NCBI GenBank assembly: GCA_038230295.1
Contig: JBBRNM010000003.1
Coordinates: 3,168 to 67,167 of the forward strand
Reading direction: 5' to 3'
DNA from: Candidatus Limnocylindrales bacterium
GTDB lineage: Bacteria > Chloroflexota > Limnocylindria > Limnocylindrales > CSP1-4
DNA: 64,000 nt
Shown: in pieces, positions 1-8,573 of the stretch
How the letters are laid out: each line of letters starts with the position of its first letter
Position numbering within the stretch: position 1 is the first letter of the stretch
Translations under genes and position numbers: made by a program
Notes under the pieces: model-generated
What the model was told of the DNA's origin: nothing
Databases searched by the model: none
What the model saw: the letters and a program-made list of their open reading frames with translations, nothing else

Positions 1-236
1 TCGCCCGAATCCATCACCCGATCGACGAGCTGCTCGTTGGCCCGGAAGGTGCCGGTCTGCCGCAGCATCGCGTCGACGAGGGTGGTCTTGCCGTGGTCGA
101 CATGGGCCACGATCGCGACGTTCCGGAGGTCGTCGCGGACCGAGGTGTCGCGCGCGCTGGAAGCGTCGGCACCGAGAGTGCCCGCGCGGTTGCCGGAGTC
201 GGGCGAGAGCACAGCGGAGCGGGCATCGAGGTTCAT
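1..236 (-). CDS. typA: Translational GTPase TypA/BipA, N-terminal fragment (gene continues past the window start)
   Basis: Reverse translation from ATG 236-234 gives MNLDARS...[46 protein letters not shown]. The G1 motif AHVDHGKTT and its context are typical of TypA/BipA. It is absent from the ORF track because it runs off the edge. Confidence 0.85.
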   Translation of the reverse strand, partial: MNLDARSAVLSPDSGNRAGTLGADASSARDTSVRDDLRNVAIVAHVDHGKTTLVDAMLRQTGTFRANEQLVDRVMDSG

Positions 237-507
237 GGGCCGCTGGATTGTCCCACGCCGGACCCGAAATGCCGAGGAGACGCCTTCCACTCCGGGGCTT
301 ATCGCCCAGCACGATGAACATGACCTCCGTCGCCCCGAAATCCGTCGTTCCCATTGCCCTGGTCGATGAACCAGTTCATTCAATCGCCCGAATCGATGAG
401 ATTGACCAGGTTGGGCCCTCATGGGGGCAAGTTCAGCGGCCAGGCCGATTAGCGCTGGGAACCTCGAGTCGAGGGGGAGCGTAAGCACCCGCCAAGGCGC
501 CGATCCC

Positions 508-1173
508 ATGATGAACATCGTGCCCAGCGCAGAGCGCACCACGGATCGGGCGGCCCGGCGCGCGGATGCCCAGCTGCTCGAGATCGCTGCCGCGATTCGC
601 GAGGCTCGGATGACGCATGGCATCAGTCAAGCTGCTGTCGCCCGCGCGGTTCGTATACCGCAGTCCGAACTGTCCCTGATCGAGCGCGGAAAGCGAGCAT
701 CGGTGTCCTTACGGACACTGGTTCGACTTTGCGCAGTGGTGGGCTTGGATCTCTCCTGCCGCGCCTTTTCTGCCGGCGCTCCGATCAGGGATATTGCGCA
801 TCTCGAGCTGCTCGATCGCCTGCGCAAGGCTTTGGCCTCGACGTGGTCGTGGCGCTCCGAAGTTCCGTTCCCGATTCAGGGCGACCGGCGAGCATGGGAT
901 CGGGTGATGCGGAACGGCCCGCTCGCGATCGCCGTGGAGGCGGAGACGAGACCGAGGGATCTGCAGAGCCTGGAGCGCAGGCTCGAGCTCAAGCGCAGAG
1001 ATGGCGGAGTAGATCGGTTGATCCTAGTAATGCGCGAGTCGAAGTGGAACCGGACGCTGGTCCGCTCGGATCCGGCCGGCCTGTCGGCCGCCTTCCCGAT
1101 CCCCGGACCCGTGGCGCTGCGGGCGCTCGCCGACGGGCGCGACCCGGGCGGCGACGCAATCATCTTTCTCTAA
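508..1173 (+). CDS. XRE-family HTH protein fused to a restriction-endonuclease-like (PD-(D/E)XK-type) C-terminal domain; catalytic motif degenerate
   Basis: ORF 421..1173; the likely start is ATG 508 (MMNIVPS). The HTH is [26 protein letters not shown]. The C-terminal half aligns with the 7553..8428 paralogue, but the core reads WDRV...AIAVEAETR (E-A-E instead of E-x-K). It ends ...DAIIFL. Confidence 0.7.
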   Translation: MMNIVPSAERTTDRAARRADAQLLEIAAAIREARMTHGISQAAVARAVRIPQSELSLIERGKRASVSLRTLVRLCAVVGLDLSCRAFSAGAPIRDIAHLELLDRLRKALASTWSWRSEVPFPIQGDRRAWDRVMRNGPLAIAVEAETRPRDLQSLERRLELKRRDGGVDRLILVMRESKWNRTLVRSDPAGLSAAFPIPGPVALRALADGRDPGGDAIIFL

Positions 1174-1237
1174 GCGTGGTCGTTGCTCGGAGCGGGGTCG
1201 GTGCTGCTGTGAGCGGGCTCGCTGGTAGCATCGCGGC

Positions 1238-1957
1238 GTGACCGTTGCCGCCGTGATTCTTGCCGCGAGCACCGAGTCGGCGCTCGCCGACGCGGAGGGT
1301 CAAGCGAGGGTCCGTCGCCTTGCCGACGCAGCGTGGTCGGGTGGCGCGCTGCCGATTGTCGTGGTCGCGCCGGACGCGGATGGCGCCGTCGCAACCGCGC
1401 TCGCGGGTGCTGCCGTGACTCTCGCCGAGCCCGCGCCTACGGAACAGGGCCCTGCGGCGCAGATCGCTCGCGGCATCTCGGTCGCCCTCGGCACCGTCCG
1501 CGACGTCGATGCCGCCCTCGTCTGGCCGGCTCGCATGGTCTGGGTGGGGCCCGAAACCGTCACCTCGCTGATCGAAGCCCACGGCGTCGATCGGTCGACG
1601 ATCCTGCGGCCCGCATTCCAGGGGACGGCGGGATGGCCGGTCCTGCTTCCAGTCGCGGCGGCGGCCGGGCTCGCCGGTATCGCGCCCGACAGGATGCCCG
1701 ACGCGATCATCGAAGACCTGGCCTCGACCGGGACGCCAATGCGGCTCATCGAGCTAGGGGATCCCGGCACGACGCACGACGCTTCTGTGGCGCGCGCGGA
1801 CCTCCCGGCCTACGAAGGTCCGGGGGAGCCGGGAACCGCCCACTCGCACGAGTGGGGCGCCGCGCTCGCCGATGATTCCGAGGATTCGCCCCTCGAAGGC
1901 CCGGCCCTCGCACCGTACGGACAGGCCGGTGAGACCGAGCCCGACCCCACCGGCTGA
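1238..1957 (+). CDS. MobA-like NTP-transferase (nucleotidyltransferase) family protein with an acidic C-terminal tail
   Basis: GTG start. AAVILAAS...LPIVVVAP...WPARMVWVGPETV...GWPVLLP resembles the NTP_transf_3/MobA-like fold. The glycine-rich loop is degenerate. Confidence 0.55.
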   Translation: MTVAAVILAASTESALADAEGQARVRRLADAAWSGGALPIVVVAPDADGAVATALAGAAVTLAEPAPTEQGPAAQIARGISVALGTVRDVDAALVWPARMVWVGPETVTSLIEAHGVDRSTILRPAFQGTAGWPVLLPVAAAAGLAGIAPDRMPDAIIEDLASTGTPMRLIELGDPGTTHDASVARADLPAYEGPGEPGTAHSHEWGAALADDSEDSPLEGPALAPYGQAGETEPDPTG

Positions 1958-1961
1958 AGCC

Positions 1962-2900
1962 TCAGGCGAGCGCAGCCCGCGCGCGGTCGCGCATGCGGCC
2001 GACCGGGACGGTCGCGATGGCGATGCCGCCCACGACGAGCAGGACCCCGAGGAGCTGGGCGAGTGATGGCTCCTCGTCGAGCAGGATTCGCGCCAGGATG
2101 ACGGTGGCCACCGGCTGGGCCAGCAGGATGATCGAGACGAGGGACGCCGGCAGCCGTGGCAGGGAGATCCCGATCACCAGGTAGCCGATCGATTGCGACG
2201 TGACTCCCACGAGCGCGAGCCAGCCGTGGCTCGGCCAGTGGGGCACCGGGTCGAGCTCGCCGAGCAGGAGCCCGATGACGATCGCCACGACCATCGTCGA
2301 GGCCGTGGCGATCGCGACCGGCCCGGCCGGCCGGCGCAGGTCGCGGCCACCGCGCCGAATGACGAGGAGGTAACCCGCATACGCGAAGGCGGTGAACGTC
2401 CCGAGCGCTACGCCGAGCGGCGGGTTCGAGCCATAGGCGCCCTGGCCGACGATCCCCGAGATCAGCACCGCGCCGACGAGCACGACCGGCAGGGCCATGA
2501 GCGCGGACCGCGGCGGCTTCTCGCGGAAAACCGCCCAGGCAACGAGCCCGACGACGAGGACCTGCAGGTTGCCGAGCACGGTTGCGAGACCGGCCCCGAC
2601 GACGTCGACCGCGTGATGCCACGACAGGAGGTCGGCCGCGAAGAAGACCCCGGCGAGGATCGAGAGCCGGACCACGAGGGGCGGCAGTGGCCCGTAGCGA
2701 CGATGCTCGAAGTACGCCACGGCGGCGAGAATCGGCAATCCATACAGGCATCGGAAGACGGTCGCGGTGGCCGGGGTCACCTCGGCGAAGCGATAGAAGA
2801 TCCCCGAGAACGCGATACACAGCGCGCCGAGCAGCGCCGCGAGACGGGGCCGTCGCGCGATCGGCTCGAGGATCCCGAGCCCGCTCCCCGGCTCGCTCAG
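1962..2900 (-). CDS. EamA/DMT-superfamily transporter
   Basis: C-terminal 313 codons of ORF 1962..3458 form about 10 predicted TM segments with a duplicated EamA pattern (RPRLAALLGALCIAFSGIFYRF...). There is no ATG/GTG/TTG near the N-terminus. The only candidate is CTG at 2900-2898, overlapping the TGA of the upstream gene, so the start is uncertain. Confidence 0.8.
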   Translation of the reverse strand: MSEPGSGLGILEPIARRPRLAALLGALCIAFSGIFYRFAEVTPATATVFRCLYGLPILAAVAYFEHRRYGPLPPLVVRLSILAGVFFAADLLSWHHAVDVVGAGLATVLGNLQVLVVGLVAWAVFREKPPRSALMALPVVLVGAVLISGIVGQGAYGSNPPLGVALGTFTAFAYAGYLLVIRRGGRDLRRPAGPVAIATASTMVVAIVIGLLLGELDPVPHWPSHGWLALVGVTSQSIGYLVIGISLPRLPASLVSIILLAQPVATVILARILLDEEPSLAQLLGVLLVVGGIAIATVPVGRMRDRARAALA

Positions 2901-3838
2901 CGGGTCCCCGATCCGACGGACGGCTCGAACGGCGGCTCGAACCGGGGCGCCACGGGCCGCGCCCAGCGATCCCTTGTCTGGCTGCGGACGAAGCCCTCGC
3001 TCACGTACAGCCCGAGTGCGGCCTCGTTCCGGCCGTTCACCGAGAGCGAGACGTGGCGAGCCCCGATGTCCCGCAGTCGCCCGACGCCCCAGCGCAGGAG
3101 CTGGCGGCCGAGCCCGCGGCCCTGGCGATCCGGCCGGACGCCGATCGTCCAGATCTCCGCATCGGGCGCAACGGCCCCCTCGATCCGCTCCGGCTGGGTG
3201 GCACAGAAGCCGACGAGCACTCTGGTCTCGGTCTCCTCGATGAGCAGGGTGTCCGCATCGTCGATGGTGAGGTCGTCGGCGGCCGAATCGATCGCATCGT
3301 CGGCGATCTGGAGCGGCGTCGCGTGATCGGCAAAGGCCGCGTTGAACAGCGCGGCCCACGGCCGGGTGTCCCGAGCCCGTTCGAACGGCCGAGCGGCATA
3401 CCCAGCGGGCCAGGTCGGCGGCTCGACCCCTATCCCCTCTGGGAGCTCGAGGTCCCACAACGTCGAGTGGAACGCGAAGCCGGTCGCTCGCAGGAATGCC
3501 AAACCGGCCTTGTCGGCCGGCAGGACGCCCAACAACAGGTTCGGCCGATCGCGTTCGCGCTCGATGGTCAGGCCTGCCTCGACCAACGACCGGCCGATCC
3601 CGGTTCGGCGGTCCTCGGGCCGCACGACGACGACCTTGAACTCCGGCGAAATGAAGCCGACGAGATCGCCGTCCTCGCCGAACGCTCCGGCGACCGGGCT
3701 CGGGGCGAAGTCGAACGCGCGCATGAAGAACTTCGCGTCCGGGTCCGAGGAGGCTCGGAATTCCCCGGCCGTCCGAGCCCGATCGACCTCGGCCTCGAGC
3801 GCGGGATGGTCGGCGTTCAGGATTGGCCGGATGACCAC
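2897..3838 (-). CDS. Tandem-GNAT N-acetyltransferase (mycothiol synthase MshD-like architecture)
   Basis: 313 aa, GTG start 8 nt after the aspS stop. Two acetyl-CoA binding motifs are present (RRTGIGRSLVEAG and RQGRGLGRQLLRWG), each in its own GNAT half. Confidence 0.7.
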   Translation of the reverse strand: MVIRPILNADHPALEAEVDRARTAGEFRASSDPDAKFFMRAFDFAPSPVAGAFGEDGDLVGFISPEFKVVVVRPEDRRTGIGRSLVEAGLTIERERDRPNLLLGVLPADKAGLAFLRATGFAFHSTLWDLELPEGIGVEPPTWPAGYAARPFERARDTRPWAALFNAAFADHATPLQIADDAIDSAADDLTIDDADTLLIEETETRVLVGFCATQPERIEGAVAPDAEIWTIGVRPDRQGRGLGRQLLRWGVGRLRDIGARHVSLSVNGRNEAALGLYVSEGFVRSQTRDRWARPVAPRFEPPFEPSVGSGTR

Positions 3839-3845
3839 CGCCGGA

Positions 3846-5825
3846 TCAGGGCTTGGGCGGCGGTGCGGTCGGCGGTGCGGTCGGCGCAGGGACCGTCGGG
3901 CCAGGGTGTGTCGCCGGTGCGCCTGGGGCGGCGTCCGCCGCCGCTGATCCCGCTCGCCCCGGGACCCCCACGAATTTCAACCCAAGGTCCGCGTACTGGG
4001 CCGGATCCGGCGCTGACGGTGCCTCGAGCATGAGGTCGGCGCCCGACTGCGTCTTCGGGAAGGCCATGACCTCCCGGATGTTCGTCTGGTCGGTGAAGAG
4101 GGCGGCCCAGCGGTCGATGCCGATGGCGATGCCGCCATGCGGCGGGGCGCCGTACTCGAACGCGGTCAACATCGCCCCGAACATGTTCTGCATCCGCTCG
4201 AGGCTGTAGCCCTGGAGGGCGAAGCTCCGCTCGAGCAGGTCGCGGCGCCAGATGCGGATCGAGCCGCCGCCGAGCTCCCAGCCGTTCAGGACGAGGTCGT
4301 ACTGCATGGCCCGGGCGCGGCCGGCAGGATCGTCGGGCGACGGCGTCGAGATGTCGCCCGAGGCGGTCTCGAGCAGCTGTTCGTCCTCGGCGAGCACGCC
4401 CGAGAACGGGTTGTGGGTCGCGTCCCAGCGACGGCCCTCGGCGTCCCACTTGTACATCGGGAAGCGATGGACCCAGCCGTAGGCGAGCACGTTCGGGTCG
4501 GCGAGCCCGAGCTGGGCGCCAAGCCGGACGCGCAACTGGCCGAGGACCTCGTTGGCGACCTCGGCGCGATCCGCGACGATCAGGATCAGGTCGCCAGGAC
4601 TCGCGCCGGCGCGCGCCGCGAGCCGCTCGGCGCCATCCTCGCCGAGGAACTTCGCGATCGGGCCTCGGACGTCGCCCGTCGGCTCGACAGCGAGTTGGGC
4701 AAGGCCCTTGGCGCCGTCCTTCCTGGCGGCTTCGGTCAGGTCGTCGATCTCGCGCCGGGTCGCGGCGGCGTGGCCAGTCGCGACGATCGCCTTGACGACG
4801 CCACCGCCCGCCAGTGCTTCGTCGAAGACCCGGAAGCCCGAGCTCGGGGTACCGGCCTTGTCGGTGAGCGCCGAACCCAGGTCCACGAGCTCCATGCCGA
4901 AGCGCAGGTCGGGCTTGTCGACGCCGAATCGGTCCATTGCCTCGGAGTACGTGAAGCGCGGGAACGGCGTCGTCTGGAGGGGCCGGTCCGGGACCACCCG
5001 CCGGCTCACCTCGATCGCCATCCGCTCGACGAAGTCCATGACCGTCGCCTCGTCGGCGAAGCTCATCTCGAGGTCGAGCTGGGTGAACTCGGGCTGCCGA
5101 TCGCCGCGGTTGTCCTCGTCCCGGAAGCAGCGGGCGATCTGGAAGTAGCGGTCGATGCCGGCGACCATCAGCAGCTGCTTGAGCTGCTGCGGGCTCTGCG
5201 GCAGGGCGTACACGCTGCCCGGCTGGAGCCGGCTCGGGACGATGAAGTCGCGAGCGCCCTCGGGCGTGCTCTTGATGAGGTTCGGCGTCTCGATCTCGAG
5301 GAAGGCGTTCGCGAAATGGACCTCGCGGATGGCCTGGACGAGCTGGCTGCGAAGGACGATCCGACGCTGCATCGGCCCCCGACGGAGGTCGAGATAGCGG
5401 TACTTCAGCCGGAGCGTCTCGTCGATCGTGGCATCGGGATCGTTGATGTAGAAGGGCGGCGTCTTCGCCTCGTTGAGGATCGTCAGCTCGGTGGCGCGGA
5501 CCTCGATCTCACCGGTCGGCAGCTTCTTGTTCTCGGTTCCAGGCAGGCGCAGCGCGACGGTCCCCACGGTCGCGACGACGAACTCGCTCCGGACGCGGCT
5601 CGCGCTCACGTGGGCCTCCGGCGCATCGACGCGATCGATCACGATCTGGGTGACGCCGTGGCGGTCACGGAGGTCGAGGAAGATCAGCTGGCCGTGATCC
5701 CGCCGGCGATGCACCCAGCCGGCGAGGCGAACCTCGGCTCCGGCGTCGGCGGCCCGAAGCTGGCCGCAGCTGTGGCTGCGGTACGAGCTGGAGAGATCCG
5801 GCGGGGCGGACTCGGGGTCGGGCAT
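3846..5825 (-). CDS. aspS: Aspartate--tRNA ligase with a Pro/Ala-rich C-terminal extension
   Basis: ATG at 5825 (MPDPESAPPDLSSSYRSHSCGQLR...). Class II AspRS motifs are present (GWVHRRRDHGQLIFLDLRD, FQIARCFRDED, GGGSIRI). The C-terminal 45 aa are low complexity (PTAPPTAPPPKP). Confidence 0.95.
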   Translation of the reverse strand: MPDPESAPPDLSSSYRSHSCGQLRAADAGAEVRLAGWVHRRRDHGQLIFLDLRDRHGVTQIVIDRVDAPEAHVSASRVRSEFVVATVGTVALRLPGTENKKLPTGEIEVRATELTILNEAKTPPFYINDPDATIDETLRLKYRYLDLRRGPMQRRIVLRSQLVQAIREVHFANAFLEIETPNLIKSTPEGARDFIVPSRLQPGSVYALPQSPQQLKQLLMVAGIDRYFQIARCFRDEDNRGDRQPEFTQLDLEMSFADEATVMDFVERMAIEVSRRVVPDRPLQTTPFPRFTYSEAMDRFGVDKPDLRFGMELVDLGSALTDKAGTPSSGFRVFDEALAGGGVVKAIVATGHAAATRREIDDLTEAARKDGAKGLAQLAVEPTGDVRGPIAKFLGEDGAERLAARAGASPGDLILIVADRAEVANEVLGQLRVRLGAQLGLADPNVLAYGWVHRFPMYKWDAEGRRWDATHNPFSGVLAEDEQLLETASGDISTPSPDDPAGRARAMQYDLVLNGWELGGGSIRIWRRDLLERSFALQGYSLERMQNMFGAMLTAFEYGAPPHGGIAIGIDRWAALFTDQTNIREVMAFPKTQSGADLMLEAPSAPDPAQYADLGLKFVGVPGRAGSAAADAAPGAPATHPGPTVPAPTAPPTAPPPKP

Positions 5826-5919
5826 GGCCCGGGTATGGTATCGGCCGCGCTCCGTGCAGGGCGGCCGCGGCGGTTCGAGCCATAGGCGACCCGTCATCAC
5901 TCCCGATGATCAGTCCGAC

Positions 5920-6168
5920 CTATTGAACCGCCTCCAGGGTCGTTTTGATCATGCCGCGGGCATGGTCCATAGCGGTTCAGTCGCCTCGGTGATCGAAACC
6001 TACAACGCAGGGGTTTCGCAGGTCGTACTGATCACCCGAGGTGATACGGACCGGGCTGAGGTGGGTTTGCCGTGGCTACGCCGGCGGCCAGACACGGGCC
6101 TCTTGATCCGTCATCGTGGCCGCGAAGTCGTCCCGAGACGGATGGATGAAATAGATCCACTCGGCCAC
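5920..6168 (-). pseudogene. Decayed YciI-like family gene (intact 30-codon N-terminus, then two in-frame stops)
   Basis: GTG at 6168, 3 nt after the hisS stop, gives VAEWIYFIHPSRDDFAATMTDQEARVWPPA* (TAG). The same frame continues ...VVGFDHRGD* (TGA) TAMDHARGMIKTTLEAVQ* (TAG at 5920-5922). The N-terminus matches the L/IxPxRxxFxxxMTxxE pattern I recall for small YciI-like proteins. The region is visibly lower in GC. Confidence 0.4.
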
Positions 6169-6170
6169 GG

Positions 6171-7514
6171 CTAGGGCTCGCCCACTCCGTGATGGTGCGT
6201 CCGCGACGCGCGCTCGAGGTCTTTCGCGAGGTCGGCGGCCGCGATCGCGCGCTGGGTCCCGGCCTTGAGGTCCCGGAGCTGAAGCGTGCCGGCGCCGCTG
6301 GGGCCTTTCGCGCCCGCGGGGCCTTCCTCCCCGTCCCCAGCCTCGTCGCCGACGATCACCGCGAAGTGCGCGCCCTCGCGCGCCGCGGCCTCGAGCTGCT
6401 TGCCCAGCTTCCGCTGGCTCAGCTCGGCCCGGGCGGCGATCCCCGCGCCACGGAGCTCCGTGGCGATTCGAAGTCGCGCGGCGGTCGCCTCCGGCACCAT
6501 CCCGACGACGACCGCGACGGGCGGCGGCTCGGCCTCGGGCGCGACGCTCTCCGCCGCGCGCGCGAGCACGACCCGGTCGATGCCCAAGGCGAAGCCGATC
6601 CCGGGCGTGGGCTTCCCACCGAGCAGCTCGATGAGCCCGTCGTAGCGGCCTCCCCCGCCGAGGGCATCCTGCTGGCCCTCCGCGCCGGGCCGGAAGTACT
6701 CGAAGGTCGTCCGGGTGTAGTAGTCGAGGCCGCGGACGATCTCCGGCGCGAGCTGGTAATGGATCCCAAGGCCCTCGAGATGGACCCGAACCGACGCGAA
6801 GTGCTCGCCGCAGGGCCCGCACAGGTGGTCCCACGCGAGTGGCGCGTCGCGATTGAGCGCCACCATCGCCGGATCCTTCGAGTCGAGAAGGCGCAGCGGG
6901 TTCGTCTCCAGGCGAGCGCGCTCGAGCGGCGGGAGGGCCGCCACGTGCTCGCGGTAGTACGCCGTGAGCGCCGCCACGTAGCCAGGGCGGCAGGCCGCGT
7001 CCCCGATCGAGTTCAGCTTCACCTGGACGGTGGGCAGGCCGACCTCGCGGTAGAAGCGGAGGCCGAGCTCGATGATCTCGGCGTCGACCGCCGGACCCGG
7101 ATCGCCGATCGCCTCGATGTTCCACTGCCAGAACTGGCGATAGCGGCCCGCCTGCGGCCGGTCGTAGCGGAACATGGGGCCGAAAAGGCTGAGCTTCACG
7201 GGCTGCGGCAGCGTGCGCATCCCGTGCTCGATGTAGGCCCGCACGATCCCGGCCGTCGCCTCGGGCCGGAGGGCCCAGCGCTCGCGTTCGTCGCCGCGGG
7301 AGGGCGAGACCCTGAAGAGCTCCTTTTCGACGACATCCGTCACGGCCCCGATGCCGCGCTCGAACACCGCGCTCTGCTCGAACAGCGGCGTCTCGATCCC
7401 CCGGTAGCCGTACCGACCCGCGAGCTCCGCGGCGACCCGCTCGAGCTTCGCCCAGGTCGGCCGCTCGGCCGGCAGGAGGTCGCGCGTGCCGCGCGGTGCC
7501 CGAAAGGTCGCCAT
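6171..7514 (-). CDS. hisS: Histidine--tRNA ligase
   Basis: ATG at 7514 (MATFRAPRGTRDLLP...). Class II HisRS motifs are present (MFRYDRPQAGRYRQFWQ, GGGGRYDGL). Confidence 0.95.
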   Translation of the reverse strand: MATFRAPRGTRDLLPAERPTWAKLERVAAELAGRYGYRGIETPLFEQSAVFERGIGAVTDVVEKELFRVSPSRGDERERWALRPEATAGIVRAYIEHGMRTLPQPVKLSLFGPMFRYDRPQAGRYRQFWQWNIEAIGDPGPAVDAEIIELGLRFYREVGLPTVQVKLNSIGDAACRPGYVAALTAYYREHVAALPPLERARLETNPLRLLDSKDPAMVALNRDAPLAWDHLCGPCGEHFASVRVHLEGLGIHYQLAPEIVRGLDYYTRTTFEYFRPGAEGQQDALGGGGRYDGLIELLGGKPTPGIGFALGIDRVVLARAAESVAPEAEPPPVAVVVGMVPEATAARLRIATELRGAGIAARAELSQRKLGKQLEAAAREGAHFAVIVGDEAGDGEEGPAGAKGPSGAGTLQLRDLKAGTQRAIAAADLAKDLERASRTHHHGVGEP

Positions 7515-7552
7515 CGCGCCCCACGATAACGGACGGGTAAGCCCGAAACCCG

Positions 7553-8428
7553 ATGATCGGAGCCGTGGACGATCTCCGGATCGGGCGGATCGCGAGAGCT
7601 CTGCGTCAGCGGCTCGGCATTCGGCAGACGGACGTGGCGGCACGCGCGGGCCTTGGGCACGACCTCGTTTCACGCCTTGAACGCGGTTACGTCGCTGGGA
7701 TGACGCTCGGATCCCTCCGGCGCCTGTTCGCCGTGTTCGAGGCGGAAGTCGTCGTTCTTGTGCGGTGGCGCGGCGGCGAGATGGACCGACTCGTCGATCG
7801 CCGCCACGCGGCTCTTGGCGAGCACATGCTCCAGCGCCTGGAGCCAGACGGCTGGACGGTGATCCCGGAGGTCTCGTTCTCCGAATTCGGGGAGCGCGGC
7901 TCGATCGATCTTCTCGCGTGGCATCCGCAGGCTCAGACGCTGCTCGTTGTTGAGATCAAGACCGAGATCATGTCCGTCGAGGAGACGATCCGGCGCCACG
8001 ACGCGAAGGGACGGCTCGCAGCGAAGATCGCGCGCGATCGATTCGGCTGGCGCGCAGCCTTGGTGGCGAAGGTTCTGGTGCTCCCTGACGAGCGGACACC
8101 GCGACGCCACGTTCAGCGCCACGAAGGTCTATTCGCTCAGGCCTACCCGATTCGGGGATGGGAGCTTGCCCGTTGGCTCAGGGCGCCGGACGCCATCGAG
8201 GCTCATCGCACCGCACCGGGCAGACAGGTGTCCGGCCTCGGTGGGCCCGTGCGCGGGCTCGGGGTGTCCGGGCCCGGGATGTCCGGCCTGATCTTTCTGG
8301 CAAATGCCGATGGAGCGCGATCAAGGCGAGAGGACGGAGGTCAGAAGCGCATCAGGGCGGGGCGTCGGCAGCTCGCGAGCACACAACTGGGTTGCCAGAT
8401 CAGGATTCATCGGCATCGACGCGCCTGA
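7553..8428 (+). CDS. XRE-family HTH protein fused to a PD-(D/E)XK-like nuclease domain (D...E-I-K core intact)
   Basis: The HTH is LGIRQTDVAARAGLGHDLVSRLERG. The core is GERGSIDLLAW...LLVVEIKTE. It is a paralogue of 508..1173. About 50 extra residues follow the shared LIFL terminus. Confidence 0.7.
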   Translation: MIGAVDDLRIGRIARALRQRLGIRQTDVAARAGLGHDLVSRLERGYVAGMTLGSLRRLFAVFEAEVVVLVRWRGGEMDRLVDRRHAALGEHMLQRLEPDGWTVIPEVSFSEFGERGSIDLLAWHPQAQTLLVVEIKTEIMSVEETIRRHDAKGRLAAKIARDRFGWRAALVAKVLVLPDERTPRRHVQRHEGLFAQAYPIRGWELARWLRAPDAIEAHRTAPGRQVSGLGGPVRGLGVSGPGMSGLIFLANADGARSRREDGGQKRIRAGRRQLASTQLGCQIRIHRHRRA

Positions 8429-8434
8429 TCGGCA

Positions 8435-8470
8435 GGTGACGTCGGATCGGCGCTAGACGCCGCCGTCACC
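8435..8470. terminator. Hairpin between convergent genes (possible bidirectional terminator)
   Basis: ggtgacg(8435-8441) pairs with cgtcacc(8464-8470), with an inner cggcg/cgccg stem. It begins 7 nt after the stop at 8428. There is no U-tract. Confidence 0.35.
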
Positions 8471-8573
8471 GCGCTCGGCCGTGCCGATGTTGTGCTTAAG
8501 TCGCGCCTCATCGGCAGATGGCGCACGTTGGCGCGACTCGGGGCGTGCGCACGTCGCCGCGCGGGCGAAACGC

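Noticed and set aside
4137-5885. 582-aa plus-strand ORF
   Set aside because: It lies entirely antisense to the clearly recognisable aspS. Its composition is Arg/Ala/Gly/Pro-rich, typical of shadow ORFs in high-GC DNA, with no recognisable motifs.
5826-5919. T-box or other riboswitch leaders upstream of aspS and hisS (also 7515-7552)
   Set aside because: The leaders are only about 95 and 38 nt, too short for a T-box, and no specifier or T-box sequence was recognised.
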